Source: an uncultured cyanobacterium
GTDB lineage: Bacteria; Cyanobacteriota; Cyanobacteriia; Cyanobacteriales; CAWCAG01
NCBI GenBank assembly: GCA_963803805.1
Contig: CAWDOD010000011.1
Location: 576,001 to 640,000, forward strand
Length of the DNA: 64,000 nucleotides
Direction: 5' to 3'
Below, piece by piece: positions 40,784 to 51,322 of this stretch. A program made the translations under genes and the position numbers. The notes beneath the pieces were generated by a model. It was not told where the DNA came from. It did no database searches and saw only the letters and a list, made by a program, of their open reading frames with translations. Numbering within the stretch: the stretch's first letter is position 1; every line of letters begins with the position of its first letter.

Positions 40784-41118
40784 TCCCTGTTGCTTGCTTC
40801 TTGGAAGACTTTCTGTGCAAACTCTGGGTTTTCCTTCATTCTGCGGAATAAAGAAGGCATGGCTTTGTAGTTTTCTTTCAGGAAATCTTTTTCACCGTGG
40901 GGAACTCTGCCTGCAAGATAGATTAATTCTTCTGCATTCAAGTCTAGGTGGGTTGCTAAGGCACGGATAACTTCCTCTTTGGGAGAATAATCGGCACGGT
41001 TGTTCTCTAGCTTCGATAAATAGGTGAAGTCAAGCTTGACTAACTTAGCCAAGTCTCTTTGGCTATATCCCTTATCCTTTCGTGCTTGGCGAATTATTTG
41101 ACCGAAGTTGTGATTCAC
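40768..41118 (-). CDS. XRE-family helix-turn-helix transcriptional regulator
   Basis: FGQIIRQARKDKGYSQRDLA...YLSKLEN; GTG start at 41118 preferred over the 41178 start in the ORF track. Confidence 0.88.
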   Translation of the reverse strand: MNHNFGQIIRQARKDKGYSQRDLAKLVKLDFTYLSKLENNRADYSPKEEVIRALATHLDLNAEELIYLAGRVPHGEKDFLKENYKAMPSLFRRMKENPEFAQKVFQEASNREWLNN

Positions 41119-41297
41119 TGTTTTAACCTTGGGAAGCTTAAAGACTATTTTACAATGGCTTGACGAAAAATTCAACATGAGGTTATGCTGGTAGCAACAA
41201 AGTTGATTTTTACATCAATTCGGGTGTTCACCCTGCATAATACCTTTTTTCCCAGTTATCATTGGCTATTTAACAACAGGTTGCCAGTGGCAATTAA

Positions 41298-41513
41298 TCA
41301 GTAAAGAAAAAGGGCGTTGGTAATAATGTCAAATTGTAGTGGAGATAAGCATAACGAGAGGAATTTATATAAAGCTTTCCCCTGGCAATTACCAAATATA
41401 ATAACCTTAGTTCTTGGCAAAAGCACTAATGATCTTTTAGCTATTTTTTTGCTATTGACACTAAACCAGGAAAGTGAAGCTTTCATATATTTAATGAACC
41501 TATAGACAAACAA
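41298..41513 (-). pseudogene. Truncated WcbI-like polysaccharide biosynthesis protein fragment
   Basis: KVIIFGNCQGKAL resembles the N-terminal GNCQ motif of that family; ORF ends about 28 codons later; sits downstream of a glycosyltransferase. Confidence 0.4.
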
Positions 41514-41606
41514 ATAGTAATTTAATTGTTATTTTTCCTAATTTCAAATCAAAGAATCTTGGCTTACTCTATCCTACGGAACAACGAGAAAGTTTTCAGC
41601 TATGAA

Positions 41607-42581
41607 TTATGACTTGTGATTATTATGATCGGGTTTAAGATAACCATTTTTCCATAAATAGAAAGGACTACTTAAACTACTTACAAATAATTCCATCTCA
41701 CAAGCAGCTACAAGATCGGTTTTAACTTGAAATTTGTACTTAAGTAAATGAAACATAATCTTACGTAAGTCGCTAATTAAATAAATAAAAGAAATTAATG
41801 GCTTTTGCCAAGGTTTGTAAGTAACTGTTCGAGTAACATAGCGACTTAAACCAATACCTCGAACTAAATCAATCAAATAGTCTTTTTCTAAGCGCCAAGC
41901 CGGAATTTTATGCTCGATTGCCATGGCTGGATTGTACCAAATTTCCCAACCTCCTTTTTGCAGGTAAGATTGCATTTCTAAATCTTCGCTGGTAAGCATA
42001 CTATCCTGGTTCCTTCCCCCTAAAATTTGTTGATGAGGGGCGCATTCTTGCCAAGCTTGTTTGCGTACTACTAAACCCGCAGAAGGGGGTAAAAGTCGGT
42101 TTTGAGGATTATATAGGAGTGGTTGGGAACCGCGATCAATGATAGCTAATAAACAAGCAATGCGGTGAAAGTTAGAAGGAGGTTTAACTTCATAGAGGGG
42201 AAGGATTTTCCCCCCGTAAGCCCCGGCTTGGGGGTGGCTTTGGGCAAAACTATAAGCTTGGGTTAGCCAATTTTCTGCGGGTAAATTATCATCATCAAGG
42301 AAAGCAACTAAAGGGGCAGAAGCTACTCGAAGGGCAAGGGTACGGGCAAAATGAGCGCCTTGTTGGGTTTCTATGTAATATTTTAAGGGATAGGATTGCT
42401 GCCAATCAGCTTGATATGCTTGGATAAGTTGGGCAGTATTATCACTGCTATTATTATCTATAACTAAAATTTCCCAGTTAAGTTTGTCTGGGTTAAGTTG
42501 TTTTTGCAGTTGTTCTAGTACTTCTGGTAGACGCTTTTCTCCGTTATAGGTAGGTATAGCTACGGTAAAATCGACTGGCAT
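41607..42581 (-). CDS. hpsE: GT2 glycosyltransferase, HpsE-like
   Basis: DFTVAIPTYNG, IDNNSSD, FLDDD, SEDLE, RGIGLSRYVTR; ATG at 42581 preferred. Confidence 0.8.
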   Translation of the reverse strand: MPVDFTVAIPTYNGEKRLPEVLEQLQKQLNPDKLNWEILVIDNNSSDNTAQLIQAYQADWQQSYPLKYYIETQQGAHFARTLALRVASAPLVAFLDDDNLPAENWLTQAYSFAQSHPQAGAYGGKILPLYEVKPPSNFHRIACLLAIIDRGSQPLLYNPQNRLLPPSAGLVVRKQAWQECAPHQQILGGRNQDSMLTSEDLEMQSYLQKGGWEIWYNPAMAIEHKIPAWRLEKDYLIDLVRGIGLSRYVTRTVTYKPWQKPLISFIYLISDLRKIMFHLLKYKFQVKTDLVAACEMELFVSSLSSPFYLWKNGYLKPDHNNHKS

Positions 42582-42668
42582 AGTTAAGAAAGGGCAATTT
42601 TTTCTTTGCTTACAAACTTTTACCAAGTATGCCCTGTTTGGCAAATATATTTACCTTTAATAGTATTT

Positions 42669-42698
42669 GCGTAGGCGTAAGCTCTTCATGGACATCGC
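42669..42698. mobile_element. 22-nt insert splitting a HIP1 site (small dispersed repeat type)
   Basis: GCG + TAGGCGTAAGCTCTTCATGGAC + ATCGC; removing 42672-42693 regenerates GCGATCGC. Confidence 0.55.
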
Positions 42699-42847
42699 TT
42701 ACTCCGGACTATTCTGATCTGAACATTCATTATTAACCGTAATAGTCTCTCTTTGTTACCTTATCATCAGTCTTTTGCCTAATATCTTCCCTGTAGCCTG
42801 TTCCCTATTACCTCAATTTGCTATAATTGAAAGCTGTTATGTAATAA

Positions 42848-42918
42848 GGCGGCATAGCCAAGCGGTAAGGCCGAGGATTGCAAATCCTTTATCCCCAGTT
42901 CAAATCTGGGTGCCGCCT
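42848..42918 (+). tRNA. trnC: tRNA-Cys(GCA)
   Basis: Acceptor stem GGCGGCA/TGCCGCC, anticodon arm GAGGA-TTGCAAA-TCCTT, T arm CCCAG-TTCAAAT-CTGGG; CCA not encoded. Confidence 0.97.
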
Positions 42919-42993
42919 TTTTGTAAGTAATAAGTAACAAGTGTTATTCTTGTTTTGTTACTGTGGCCCATGTTTAGGGAAGATTAAGGACTT

Positions 42994-44013
42994 TTACATT
43001 AATATCTCACCTTTGCCAGGGACTACTTTGCCAATTTGATTGGCTTTTATCTGCTGGGAATTAAACCAATCAACTGTAGCACTTGCTTCTTCTTGAGGGA
43101 CAATCACTACAAAACCAATACCCATATTAAAAGTATTAAACATATCCACAGGACTTACTTGACCAGTTTTTGCTAGCCAATTAAAAATGGGCAGAACTTT
43201 CCAACTATCAACATCAAGTTGTACAGATTGACCCTCATTTAAACAGCGAGGTAAGTTTTCTGGTAAACCGCCTCCTGTTATGTGAGCCATGCCGTGAATA
43301 TTTATACCTTCCTTGCGGGCTGCAACTACAGGCTTTACATAGATTTGAGTTGGCTTCAGTAGTTCTTCTCCTAAACTTTCTCCTTCAAGTTCTTGGGGAC
43401 AAATATCCCAAGTTAAACCTTTTGTCGCAATAATTTTTCTCACTAAACTGAAGCCATTACTATGAACTCCTTGACTAGCTAAACCAATCGCAATATCTCC
43501 TACTTCAATTTGGGAACCTGTTAGAAGTCCTTGTTTTTCAACAATGCCAACACAAAAACCAGCTAAGTCATATTCCCCTAACTGATAAAAACCAGGCATC
43601 TCTGCGGTTTCTCCCCCCAACAAAGCACAACCGCTTTGACGACAGCCTTCAGCAATGCCTGCTACCACTTCAGTTAACTGTTCTGGTTCAAGTTTTCCTG
43701 TAGCAACATAGTCTAAAAAAAATAATGGCTCAGCCCCAGAGGTTAAAATATCGTTGACACACATAGCTACAAGGTCTATACCTACAGTGTCATGAAGATT
43801 AAGATCGTGAGCTAGCTTAAGTTTTGTACCTACCCCATCAGTCCCTGAAACTAGTACTGGTTGTTTATAGCCTGGGGGAATTTCAAAGCAACCACTAAAT
43901 CCCCCTAATCCTCCTAAAACTTCTGGTCTATGGGTACTTTCAACTAAGCTTTTGATTCGCCCCACAAAAGCCCGCCCGGCTTCAATATCTACACCCGCTT
44001 GAAGATAATCCAT
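42994..44013 (-). CDS. purM: Phosphoribosylformylglycinamidine cyclo-ligase
   Basis: [36 protein letters not shown]. Confidence 0.97.
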   Translation of the reverse strand: MDYLQAGVDIEAGRAFVGRIKSLVESTHRPEVLGGLGGFSGCFEIPPGYKQPVLVSGTDGVGTKLKLAHDLNLHDTVGIDLVAMCVNDILTSGAEPLFFLDYVATGKLEPEQLTEVVAGIAEGCRQSGCALLGGETAEMPGFYQLGEYDLAGFCVGIVEKQGLLTGSQIEVGDIAIGLASQGVHSNGFSLVRKIIATKGLTWDICPQELEGESLGEELLKPTQIYVKPVVAARKEGINIHGMAHITGGGLPENLPRCLNEGQSVQLDVDSWKVLPIFNWLAKTGQVSPVDMFNTFNMGIGFVVIVPQEEASATVDWFNSQQIKANQIGKVVPGKGEILM

Positions 44014-44345
44014 ATTCCTTACTGAGATTAGTTAGGGAACAATTATATGAGTTGTGGGTGAGAGATTATGATTCCTAATCTCAAATTGCCAACTTCCAAC
44101 AGTTAAATTTATCTTTGTGCAGCAGTGTGATTAGATTTAGTTAATTTCTTAGTGAAGAAAAGTAAAGTTTTAAAGTCTCCAATCTCTTATTCTAGCTTTA
44201 TTTCATCTTCATTAACATCATTCTTGGTAAGTATTAATTCGTAGATTTAGCTGATTCCGAAATAAAAAACTTCGTGTTAGTCTGTTCCAGGTTGAACAAG
44301 TGCAAATTAATAACGTAGTTTTCCAACCCATTTACTGAAGGGAAT

Positions 44346-44975
44346 ATGAACATAAAAACTTGGACTAGCTTATCTGCTGTATTACTAACAACTGTTTCTG
44401 GCGCGGCAGTACCTGTCTTAGCTGAAACAGTACAAGAAACAACCAGGGTAGTTAATCCAGAAGTATTAGCCCCTACAGAAACGAATGACCTTGTCTTAGC
44501 TGAAATAGTTGAAGAAACAGCCGAAGGAGTGAATCCAGAAGTTGTGGCTTCGGCAGAATTACCCCCAGCAGAAACTGATGAACTCCTAGAAATTGCCCTA
44601 GAAGTTGCTCCTGAACCTGTCTTACCCCCACTTCCTTCCCAGATGCCAGAAATTCCGGAAGTTGATGTAGAACGAGTGATTTCGCGGGCTACGGGCATGG
44701 CATCTTGGTATGGGCCAGGATTTCATGGCCGCCGTACAGCCAACGGTGAAAGATTTAATCAAAATGCTATGACAGCAGCACACAGAAGCTTACCTTTTAA
44801 TACCAGAGTAAGGGTTACTAACAACAATAACGGTCGTTCTCTTGTTTTACGCATCAATGATAGAGGGCCTTTTATTCGTGGCAGAATTATTGATGTTTCT
44901 GTCGGTGCAGCTAAACAGTTGGGTATGTATGGCTCTGGAGTTGCTCCAGTTAAGGTAGAAGTTTTAGAAGATTAA
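44346..44975 (+). CDS. rlpA: Septal ring lytic transglycosylase RlpA family protein
   Basis: GMASWYGPGFHGRRTANGE, TAAHRSLPF, RINDRGPF. Confidence 0.92.
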   Translation: MNIKTWTSLSAVLLTTVSGAAVPVLAETVQETTRVVNPEVLAPTETNDLVLAEIVEETAEGVNPEVVASAELPPAETDELLEIALEVAPEPVLPPLPSQMPEIPEVDVERVISRATGMASWYGPGFHGRRTANGERFNQNAMTAAHRSLPFNTRVRVTNNNNGRSLVLRINDRGPFIRGRIIDVSVGAAKQLGMYGSGVAPVKVEVLED

Positions 44976-45053
44976 TTGCCAATTCCTTTCCTCTCCTTGG
45001 TGTATTTATCCCTACTATTTTATTAGGATCAAAAAAACTTTAAGGGGGGTTCG

Positions 45054-46592
45054 GTGCGGATCTTACAGACAATTGCTGGTTTAAGCTGCTATAGAACAAC
45101 TCAGACATCAGGAAAGAGAGTTGCTTTGGTTGCCACAATGGGAGCATTGCATCCTGGCCATGAAAGCTTGATTAAGTTGGCTAGAGAGGATGCAGAGGTA
45201 GTGATTGTGAGCATCTTTGTTAACCCTTTGCAATTTTCGCCTACAGAAGATTTGCAGCATTATCCGCAAACTTTTGAGGCAGACTGTCAATTATGTGAAA
45301 AATTAGGAGTTGATGTAGTTTTTGCTCCCACTCCAAAAGTAATGGGGTTGGAGCAGTCAGAAGATATCAAGTCTCATAGCCAGACTACAACAGTAGTTCC
45401 CCCAGTAGAGATGATTTCGGTGTTGTGCGGCTTATCTAGACCGAAACATTTTCAAGGGGTAGCAACTATAGTTACTAAGTTACTTAATATTGTTGAACCA
45501 ACGGTGGCTTTTTTGGGTCAAAAGGATGCTCAACAACTGGCAATTATTCAACGCTTAGTTAAAGATTTAAACTTACCTGTAGAAATTAAAAGCGGTCCTA
45601 TTATACGAGAAGAATCAGGATTAGCTTATAGTTCTCGCAACCAATATTTAACTCCTGCCCAGAAAGAGAAGGCTGCTATTTTATATTCTAGCTTAGAGAA
45701 AGCGCAACAAGCTTTCCGACAAGGAGAAAATAGTCGAGATAAGCTAGTTTCTGTAGTGACAGAAGAAATCAATTCTTCACCGGAAGTAGTCCTAGAGTAT
45801 ATAGAATTAGTTGCTCCCTTGACTTTGGAGCCTTTAGAAAAGGTAGTAGAAGTAGGTCTACTCGCTATTGCTGCTAAGGTAGGAGATACTCGTTTAATTG
45901 ATAATATTCAACTGCGTCAGCATCAACCAGTGATTGCTATTGATGGTCCTGCGGGGGCAGGAAAATCAACAGTTGCTCGTTTAGTAGCTAATAAATTAGG
46001 TTTTCTATTTCTTGATACCGGAGCGATGTATAGAGCGGTAACTTGGTCTGTTTTACAAAGGGGAATCAATGTTAATGATGAAATTGCGATCGCCGAATTA
46101 GTTAGTCAATCTACTATTAAGCTTACTCCCCCCGAAAGAGCCACTGAACCTATAAAAGTAGAAATTGATGGGCAGAATGTGACTCCTTTAATTCGCCAGC
46201 CTGATGTGACAGCCAACGTCTCAAATATTGCTGCCCAATCTTCTGTACGTAAGGAATTGCTTAAACAACAACAAGACTGGGGAAAAAAGGGAGGGATCGT
46301 TGCTGAAGGAAGAGATATTGGCACTCATGTTTTTCCCAATGCAGAGCTAAAAGTTTTTCTCACCGCTTCAGTACGTCAAAGGGCATATCGCCGCCTACAA
46401 GATTTACAGCAACAAGGACAAACTAATCTTAATTTAGAAGAATTAGAACAGACTATTCAACAAAGAGACTATCAAGATGCTAATCGTCGAGTTGCTCCTT
46501 TGCGAAAAGCTCGTGGTGCAGTTGAAATCAATACCGATAATTTGAGTATCAAAGAAGTAACTGAAAAAATTATCTCTCTGGCTAAATATTAA
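45054..46592 (+). CDS. panC/cmk: Bifunctional pantoate--beta-alanine ligase / cytidylate kinase
   Basis: TMGALHPGH, SSRN, RLIDN followed by IAIDGPAGAGKST, LDTGAMYR, EGRDIG. Confidence 0.96.
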   Translation: MRILQTIAGLSCYRTTQTSGKRVALVATMGALHPGHESLIKLAREDAEVVIVSIFVNPLQFSPTEDLQHYPQTFEADCQLCEKLGVDVVFAPTPKVMGLEQSEDIKSHSQTTTVVPPVEMISVLCGLSRPKHFQGVATIVTKLLNIVEPTVAFLGQKDAQQLAIIQRLVKDLNLPVEIKSGPIIREESGLAYSSRNQYLTPAQKEKAAILYSSLEKAQQAFRQGENSRDKLVSVVTEEINSSPEVVLEYIELVAPLTLEPLEKVVEVGLLAIAAKVGDTRLIDNIQLRQHQPVIAIDGPAGAGKSTVARLVANKLGFLFLDTGAMYRAVTWSVLQRGINVNDEIAIAELVSQSTIKLTPPERATEPIKVEIDGQNVTPLIRQPDVTANVSNIAAQSSVRKELLKQQQDWGKKGGIVAEGRDIGTHVFPNAELKVFLTASVRQRAYRRLQDLQQQGQTNLNLEELEQTIQQRDYQDANRRVAPLRKARGAVEINTDNLSIKEVTEKIISLAKY

Positions 46593-46900
46593 GGAAATAA
46601 AAATATTACCTTTATCCTTTGACAGAGGAGGAAGTTAGGTTAAAATTGAACTCGAATACAGCATTTTTGACGATTTTCGAGGTAAATTTATAAATTTGCT
46701 AGAAAAAATCCGTTTTTTCCGGATTTTCTTTGATCTGGGTGCTAATGTGCAATAACATCTTCGGTTTAGAAGGGTACATCTTAAGCTTATTGAAGTAGGT
46801 TATTAATTGTTGATGGTTAGTGATCGCCATATGCGAGAAGCAAACATCTACCGAGTAATTTACTACCCTAGATACTGATGAGGAGTGAAAGAAAATTTCA

Positions 46901-47854
46901 GTGGTAAGAGTGAATGCAAGGGTTATCAGACGCAGAAGAAAATTTCTTACTATTTTGGCAGCAAGTAGTTTTGCTTTAGGTATTTTTATCCCTATCCAGC
47001 GAGCTATCTATCAAGGTGAAAGCACCAGTAACATTGTTTCTTCTTTGACTAATATTTTGAGCTTTGGTGAAGCTAAACCTAAAAATGTAGCTGCATCATC
47101 AAATCAGCTTTTCGGAGACATGGCTGAAGGGCTTTACAATAAACAAGAAGCAGAATATATAAAAAATGTCACCTTTAAAATTCCTGAGCAATTTAAAGGT
47201 AAAACCATTAGTAATGTTCCTGTTCCCCAAGATAAAAAAGTTGTTGCTTTGACCTTCGATGATGGACCTTGGGAAGGAACAACTAACGATACCCTTTATA
47301 TACTAGATAAATATGGTGTTAAGGCGACTTTCTTTGTAGTAGGGCAGCACGTCCAAACCTATCCAGAAATAATCAAGAAAGTTGTCCGCAATGGCCATGC
47401 TCTTGGTAATCATACTTGGAGTCATCGCTATCATGGTTTCAGCGAAGCAGCAGCAGCAAAGGAATTAGATAATACCGCCGCTGCAATTGAAAAGTTAACT
47501 GGAGCAAAAACTTTTCTATTTCGTCCCCCAGGAGGAATTTTAAATAATGGGCTAGTATCCTATGCTCACAAAAAGGGTTATGTAAATGTTATGTGGTCAG
47601 CAGATTCTCAGGATTATCGCTCTTCTAGTGCGGCGATGACCAAAAGTGTTATCAGTCAAACTAAACCTGGTGGGGTGATTTTGCTTCATGATGGTGGAGG
47701 CGATCGCAAAAATACAGTCAATGCTTTACCAAAGATTATTGAGTCATTAATAGAGCAGGGTTACAGTTTTGTGACTCTCCCAGAGTTATTGGAGATATCA
47801 GATCAAGCCAGTCAAGAGGCCAAACAAACTAACCCACAAGCTCCACCGCAATAA
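46901..47854 (+). CDS. Polysaccharide/peptidoglycan deacetylase (CE4, NodB-like)
   Basis: TFDDGP, HTWSH, FRPPGG, LLHDGG; N-terminal membrane anchor. Confidence 0.93.
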   Translation: MVRVNARVIRRRRKFLTILAASSFALGIFIPIQRAIYQGESTSNIVSSLTNILSFGEAKPKNVAASSNQLFGDMAEGLYNKQEAEYIKNVTFKIPEQFKGKTISNVPVPQDKKVVALTFDDGPWEGTTNDTLYILDKYGVKATFFVVGQHVQTYPEIIKKVVRNGHALGNHTWSHRYHGFSEAAAAKELDNTAAAIEKLTGAKTFLFRPPGGILNNGLVSYAHKKGYVNVMWSADSQDYRSSSAAMTKSVISQTKPGGVILLHDGGGDRKNTVNALPKIIESLIEQGYSFVTLPELLEISDQASQEAKQTNPQAPPQ

Positions 47855-47881
47855 GAGCTAATACCTCAAATAAGTGATTGG

Positions 47882-47911
47882 TGTAGAGATGTACTAGATG
47901 ATATCTCTACA
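47882..47911. repeat. GTAG-type REP-like palindrome / possible terminator
   Basis: TGTAGAGAT...ATCTCTACA arms followed by a T run. Confidence 0.55.
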
Positions 47912-48094
47912 TTTTTTTGTGAAATTAGTTGACTCCATACCCCTAGATACACGAAATTCTTTGCGGCGATCATAACTAAACTAAAGGGTTTCAGGATGTA
48001 AGATTCTATATATTCAATCTAGTTTGATATACAGATAAAACGTCTGTATCCCCTGTAGAGAAACAAGACAATCGCTACAAAATATTGTGTTTTA

Positions 48095-49015
48095 TTATCT
48101 ATTACTTAAAGTAACTGTTGTAACCCAATCTTGATATTGTGAATCTTGATTCTCTGTAACTGCTGTTAACCTATCTCGTAACTTTTCTGCCATAGGCTTA
48201 GCTTCAGGTAAGTGATAGGTTTCAATACGGTTAACGGGGGTTATTTTCGCTGCTGTACCACAGAGAAATACTTCATCGGCGATGAGTAATTCTGATTTAT
48301 CAACAGCCCTTTCTATAACTGTAATATCTAAATCTTTAGCAATAGTGATAATGCTATCTCGCGTGATTCCTTCAAGGATATCTTGATCTAAACTAGGAGT
48401 AATAAGTTGCCCGTTTCTAACTAAGAAAATGTTCATCCCGGAAGCTTCACAAACTTTCCCTTGGGAGTTCATTAAAATCGCTTCATCAAAACCAGACTCT
48501 ACGGCTTCTGTCTTCGCTAGAGAAGAAGTTATATAAGCAGCGCTGATTTTTCCCCGCAGAGGAAAACTACGATCTTCTTGGCGATACCAGGAACTGATGC
48601 GACAATTTACCCCCCCTGGAGATAGGTAATCTCCTAACTCTAAACCGTAAACAAAGAAGTCTTTTTCAACTTGATGAAGTCGAGGAGAAATTCCCAAGCC
48701 GGATGTGTAAACAAAAGGTCTAATATAAAAGTTATTTGCTGGTTGGTTTTTTTTGATGAAATCAATAATAATTGACTCAATTTTATCAGCAGGCAAATCG
48801 TAGTTTAAGAACTTGGCACTATTGCTTAGTCTTTGGCAGTGACGATCTAATCTAAATAAGAAAACTTCCTGGGAATTACTCAGATTAATGATGCCTCGCA
48901 TTCCCCCAAAAGCACCTGTACCATAATGTAGGGCGTGGGTGGCGATAGATAGTTGCGCTTCTGGGAAAGGTACAAATTTGTTTTGAAAGTAAGCAATAGG
49001 CAAGAAATTGTGCAT
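48095..49015 (-). CDS. ilvE: Branched-chain amino acid aminotransferase
   Basis: HALHYGTGAFGG, LFRLDRH, ILEGITR, EVFLCGTAA; ATG at 49015 preferred. Confidence 0.93.
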   Translation of the reverse strand: MHNFLPIAYFQNKFVPFPEAQLSIATHALHYGTGAFGGMRGIINLSNSQEVFLFRLDRHCQRLSNSAKFLNYDLPADKIESIIIDFIKKNQPANNFYIRPFVYTSGLGISPRLHQVEKDFFVYGLELGDYLSPGGVNCRISSWYRQEDRSFPLRGKISAAYITSSLAKTEAVESGFDEAILMNSQGKVCEASGMNIFLVRNGQLITPSLDQDILEGITRDSIITIAKDLDITVIERAVDKSELLIADEVFLCGTAAKITPVNRIETYHLPEAKPMAEKLRDRLTAVTENQDSQYQDWVTTVTLSNR

Positions 49016-49247
49016 AGTAGTTTTCAATAAATTTAGGAGCGTTCAACAAATATAAGCTAGGCTCCGGTAGTTAGTCAAAATTCTATCGCCAGATTATTTA
49101 TCAAACTGAATGCTTTAACTAGGAGATGAGGAGAGATAATTTAGTCAAATTAGCTTAATGCCGCTTTTCTTTAGCTGTGTCGGAGATATACTGGTTGGGG
49201 CAAAGGTTGAATATTGATAGTTTCAGCTCTTAAATTTGCGTTAGGTT

Positions 49248-51322
49248 TTAATTTTCAGTTACATCACTCTCCATCTGAGCAAAGTGTTCCATTAATATTC
49301 GATGGCTAAAAATGTAGCCGCCTCCTACTTTTTGTAGAAAGAGGCAATCTGCTGTGTAATCAAGGAAGCGGGCGTAATTCCAGGGAATGTAGTTGTTGCA
49401 GTAGAGGATGAGGCGTAAGCTAAAATGTCGGATACAAGTTATGCCCCCATAAAGTAATCCCCCAACTGAACCAAAGCTAATAAACATCGCTAACATAAAA
49501 GCGCTAAGTACAGGTAAAACCATTAAAAACCATTCTAATGTTGTTGGTGGGGTATTCCAATCTATTAGTTTCGATAGGTGTAAAGGTTTCCCATAAGGGG
49601 CCAAATATTAACCCCATAGTTAAACTACCGACGAGTCCTAAAAACAGAGTGCCTACTATAGCGTTGGTAGCTGATTGTCTAATACCTTGATTAGGTGTGG
49701 TAATCATCTTTGTCTGGGAATCAGCTAACCTACCAATGAAACCAAATCCTAACAGAAATAGCAGTGTACCACCTGAACCACTGATTAAACCTAAACCTAC
49801 TCCCTTAATTGGGCCAACAAGAGTTATCCGCCCTAAGAAAACAATTAATCCTACGACTGTTCCACCTATTAAAGCTAAAGTTAATTCTCTTTTTACTTGT
49901 CTAAATTTGATTTTGAAAGTTGCCAACGGCTGTATTTCTGTGTAGGAAAATTTCTCGGTTAATGTTAACAAAGCGCTGAGAGAGATTAAGAGCAACATTA
50001 CTGGAATATAACCAGTTGTATAAAAGATGAATTGCGTTAGGAGTCCTCCTTTTAAGTCAGAAATTAAATTACCTCTGTTGTTAAAGCAGACAACAGCAAG
50101 AATTGCTATAAAGTTCATCGTCAATAAGACTAAAGGTTCAATATCTGGAACTAGTAAACCACTCAGTTTAGTAGTGGCAAATAAAATTAAACCAATAATT
50201 ATTTTAACTCCTGTTTGATAAAGCATTTTTTGCCATCTAAATCTCAACCACCAAGGTTGTATGAACTCAATGAAAAATACTTGTTTGGAATTTTGCAACA
50301 TCATCTTCTTTGCTAGTAAGATGAGCCACTTTTTGATTTGCTTTTTCCCATATTGAGGAGGATGTAGATTAAGTCTCCTCTCAATATAGTTATCAAATAG
50401 TTGACGATAAAAATCTTCTAAAGTGGAAAATTTTGGTAATTCTTCAACAGTAAATCCTTGATAAGTTAGAGCCATAATATTAAGTATTAAAGAAGATTGA
50501 GCTAACTTTTGTAGTGCTAAATCTTCTTCAATTAATGTTTTCAATCCTAGCAAACTAGTACTGAAAGAATCCAAGTAACCATAGATTTGCTCTAAGTTGA
50601 GTGGTTTTAAGTAAACTGCACTTTGAAACTCCAGCCGGGTAGGAAATTTTTCCCATTCTTTAATGCAACTGCAAATCACTAATTTGCTTTCATGATCTTG
50701 CTTAAATTGGTTTAGGGCAGCAACGCAATCATCTCGATAATCTACTTCAACTTCATCTAAACTATCAAGTAAGGGTAGTATTTGCTGTTTCTTGAGCCAA
50801 GTTTTGCTAGTTGCTTGAGGAACGTTATACTTAGTAAGTAATTCGCCGACCAACCAGTCTTCTATTTTTTGTCGTTTCTTTTCCCAAGAAGAGAGGCTTA
50901 AAACTACAGGAATCGGCCAATTAGTATCTTGCTCAGCACAGGCAACTAAATCACAAGTTAGTTCTAGTAAGATTGTGGTTTTTCCTGCCCCCGATTCTCC
51001 TGAAATCAAGAGAGTCTTTCCTGTGGTAATTTCGGTAAAAACCTCAGTAAATCTATTACTTTTAGAGAGAAATCGAGGTAAGGAACTTTCAGTTTCTAGA
51101 AAGACATTCCAAAGATAACTAACGGCATTAGATTGTTCTTCTAATCCCAACTCCATTAGCATTCTGTTATAACAGGATTTTTCTAAAACCCCTTTAATCC
51201 AAAAGCTCTTAACTTTGGCGAGTAATGCCTGTCGGTTGCGGTATTCTTGTAGCGTCAAAGGTGAATTTGGCCCCTTGCTATGAAAGTGAGTCTCGCCAAC
51301 ATAATTTAAGACTATCTCTATT
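49248..51322 (-). pseudogene. NACHT NTPase with C-terminal multi-TM region; cut from its 5' end by the IS and frameshifted near 49520-49600
   Basis: VKSFWIKGVLE, Walker A GESGAGKT, PVVLSLSSW, LLDSLDEV; C-terminal PWNYARFLDY...VGGGYIFSHR lies in a second frame. Confidence 0.85.

Noticed and set aside
42848-42990. tRNA-Cys as an integration site for an island
   Set aside because: No duplicated tRNA 3' end or integrase seen; purM follows immediately.
44234-44698. 154-aa minus-strand Ser/Thr-rich ORF
   Set aside because: Antisense to the acidic linker of rlpA; composition is explained by the opposite strand.
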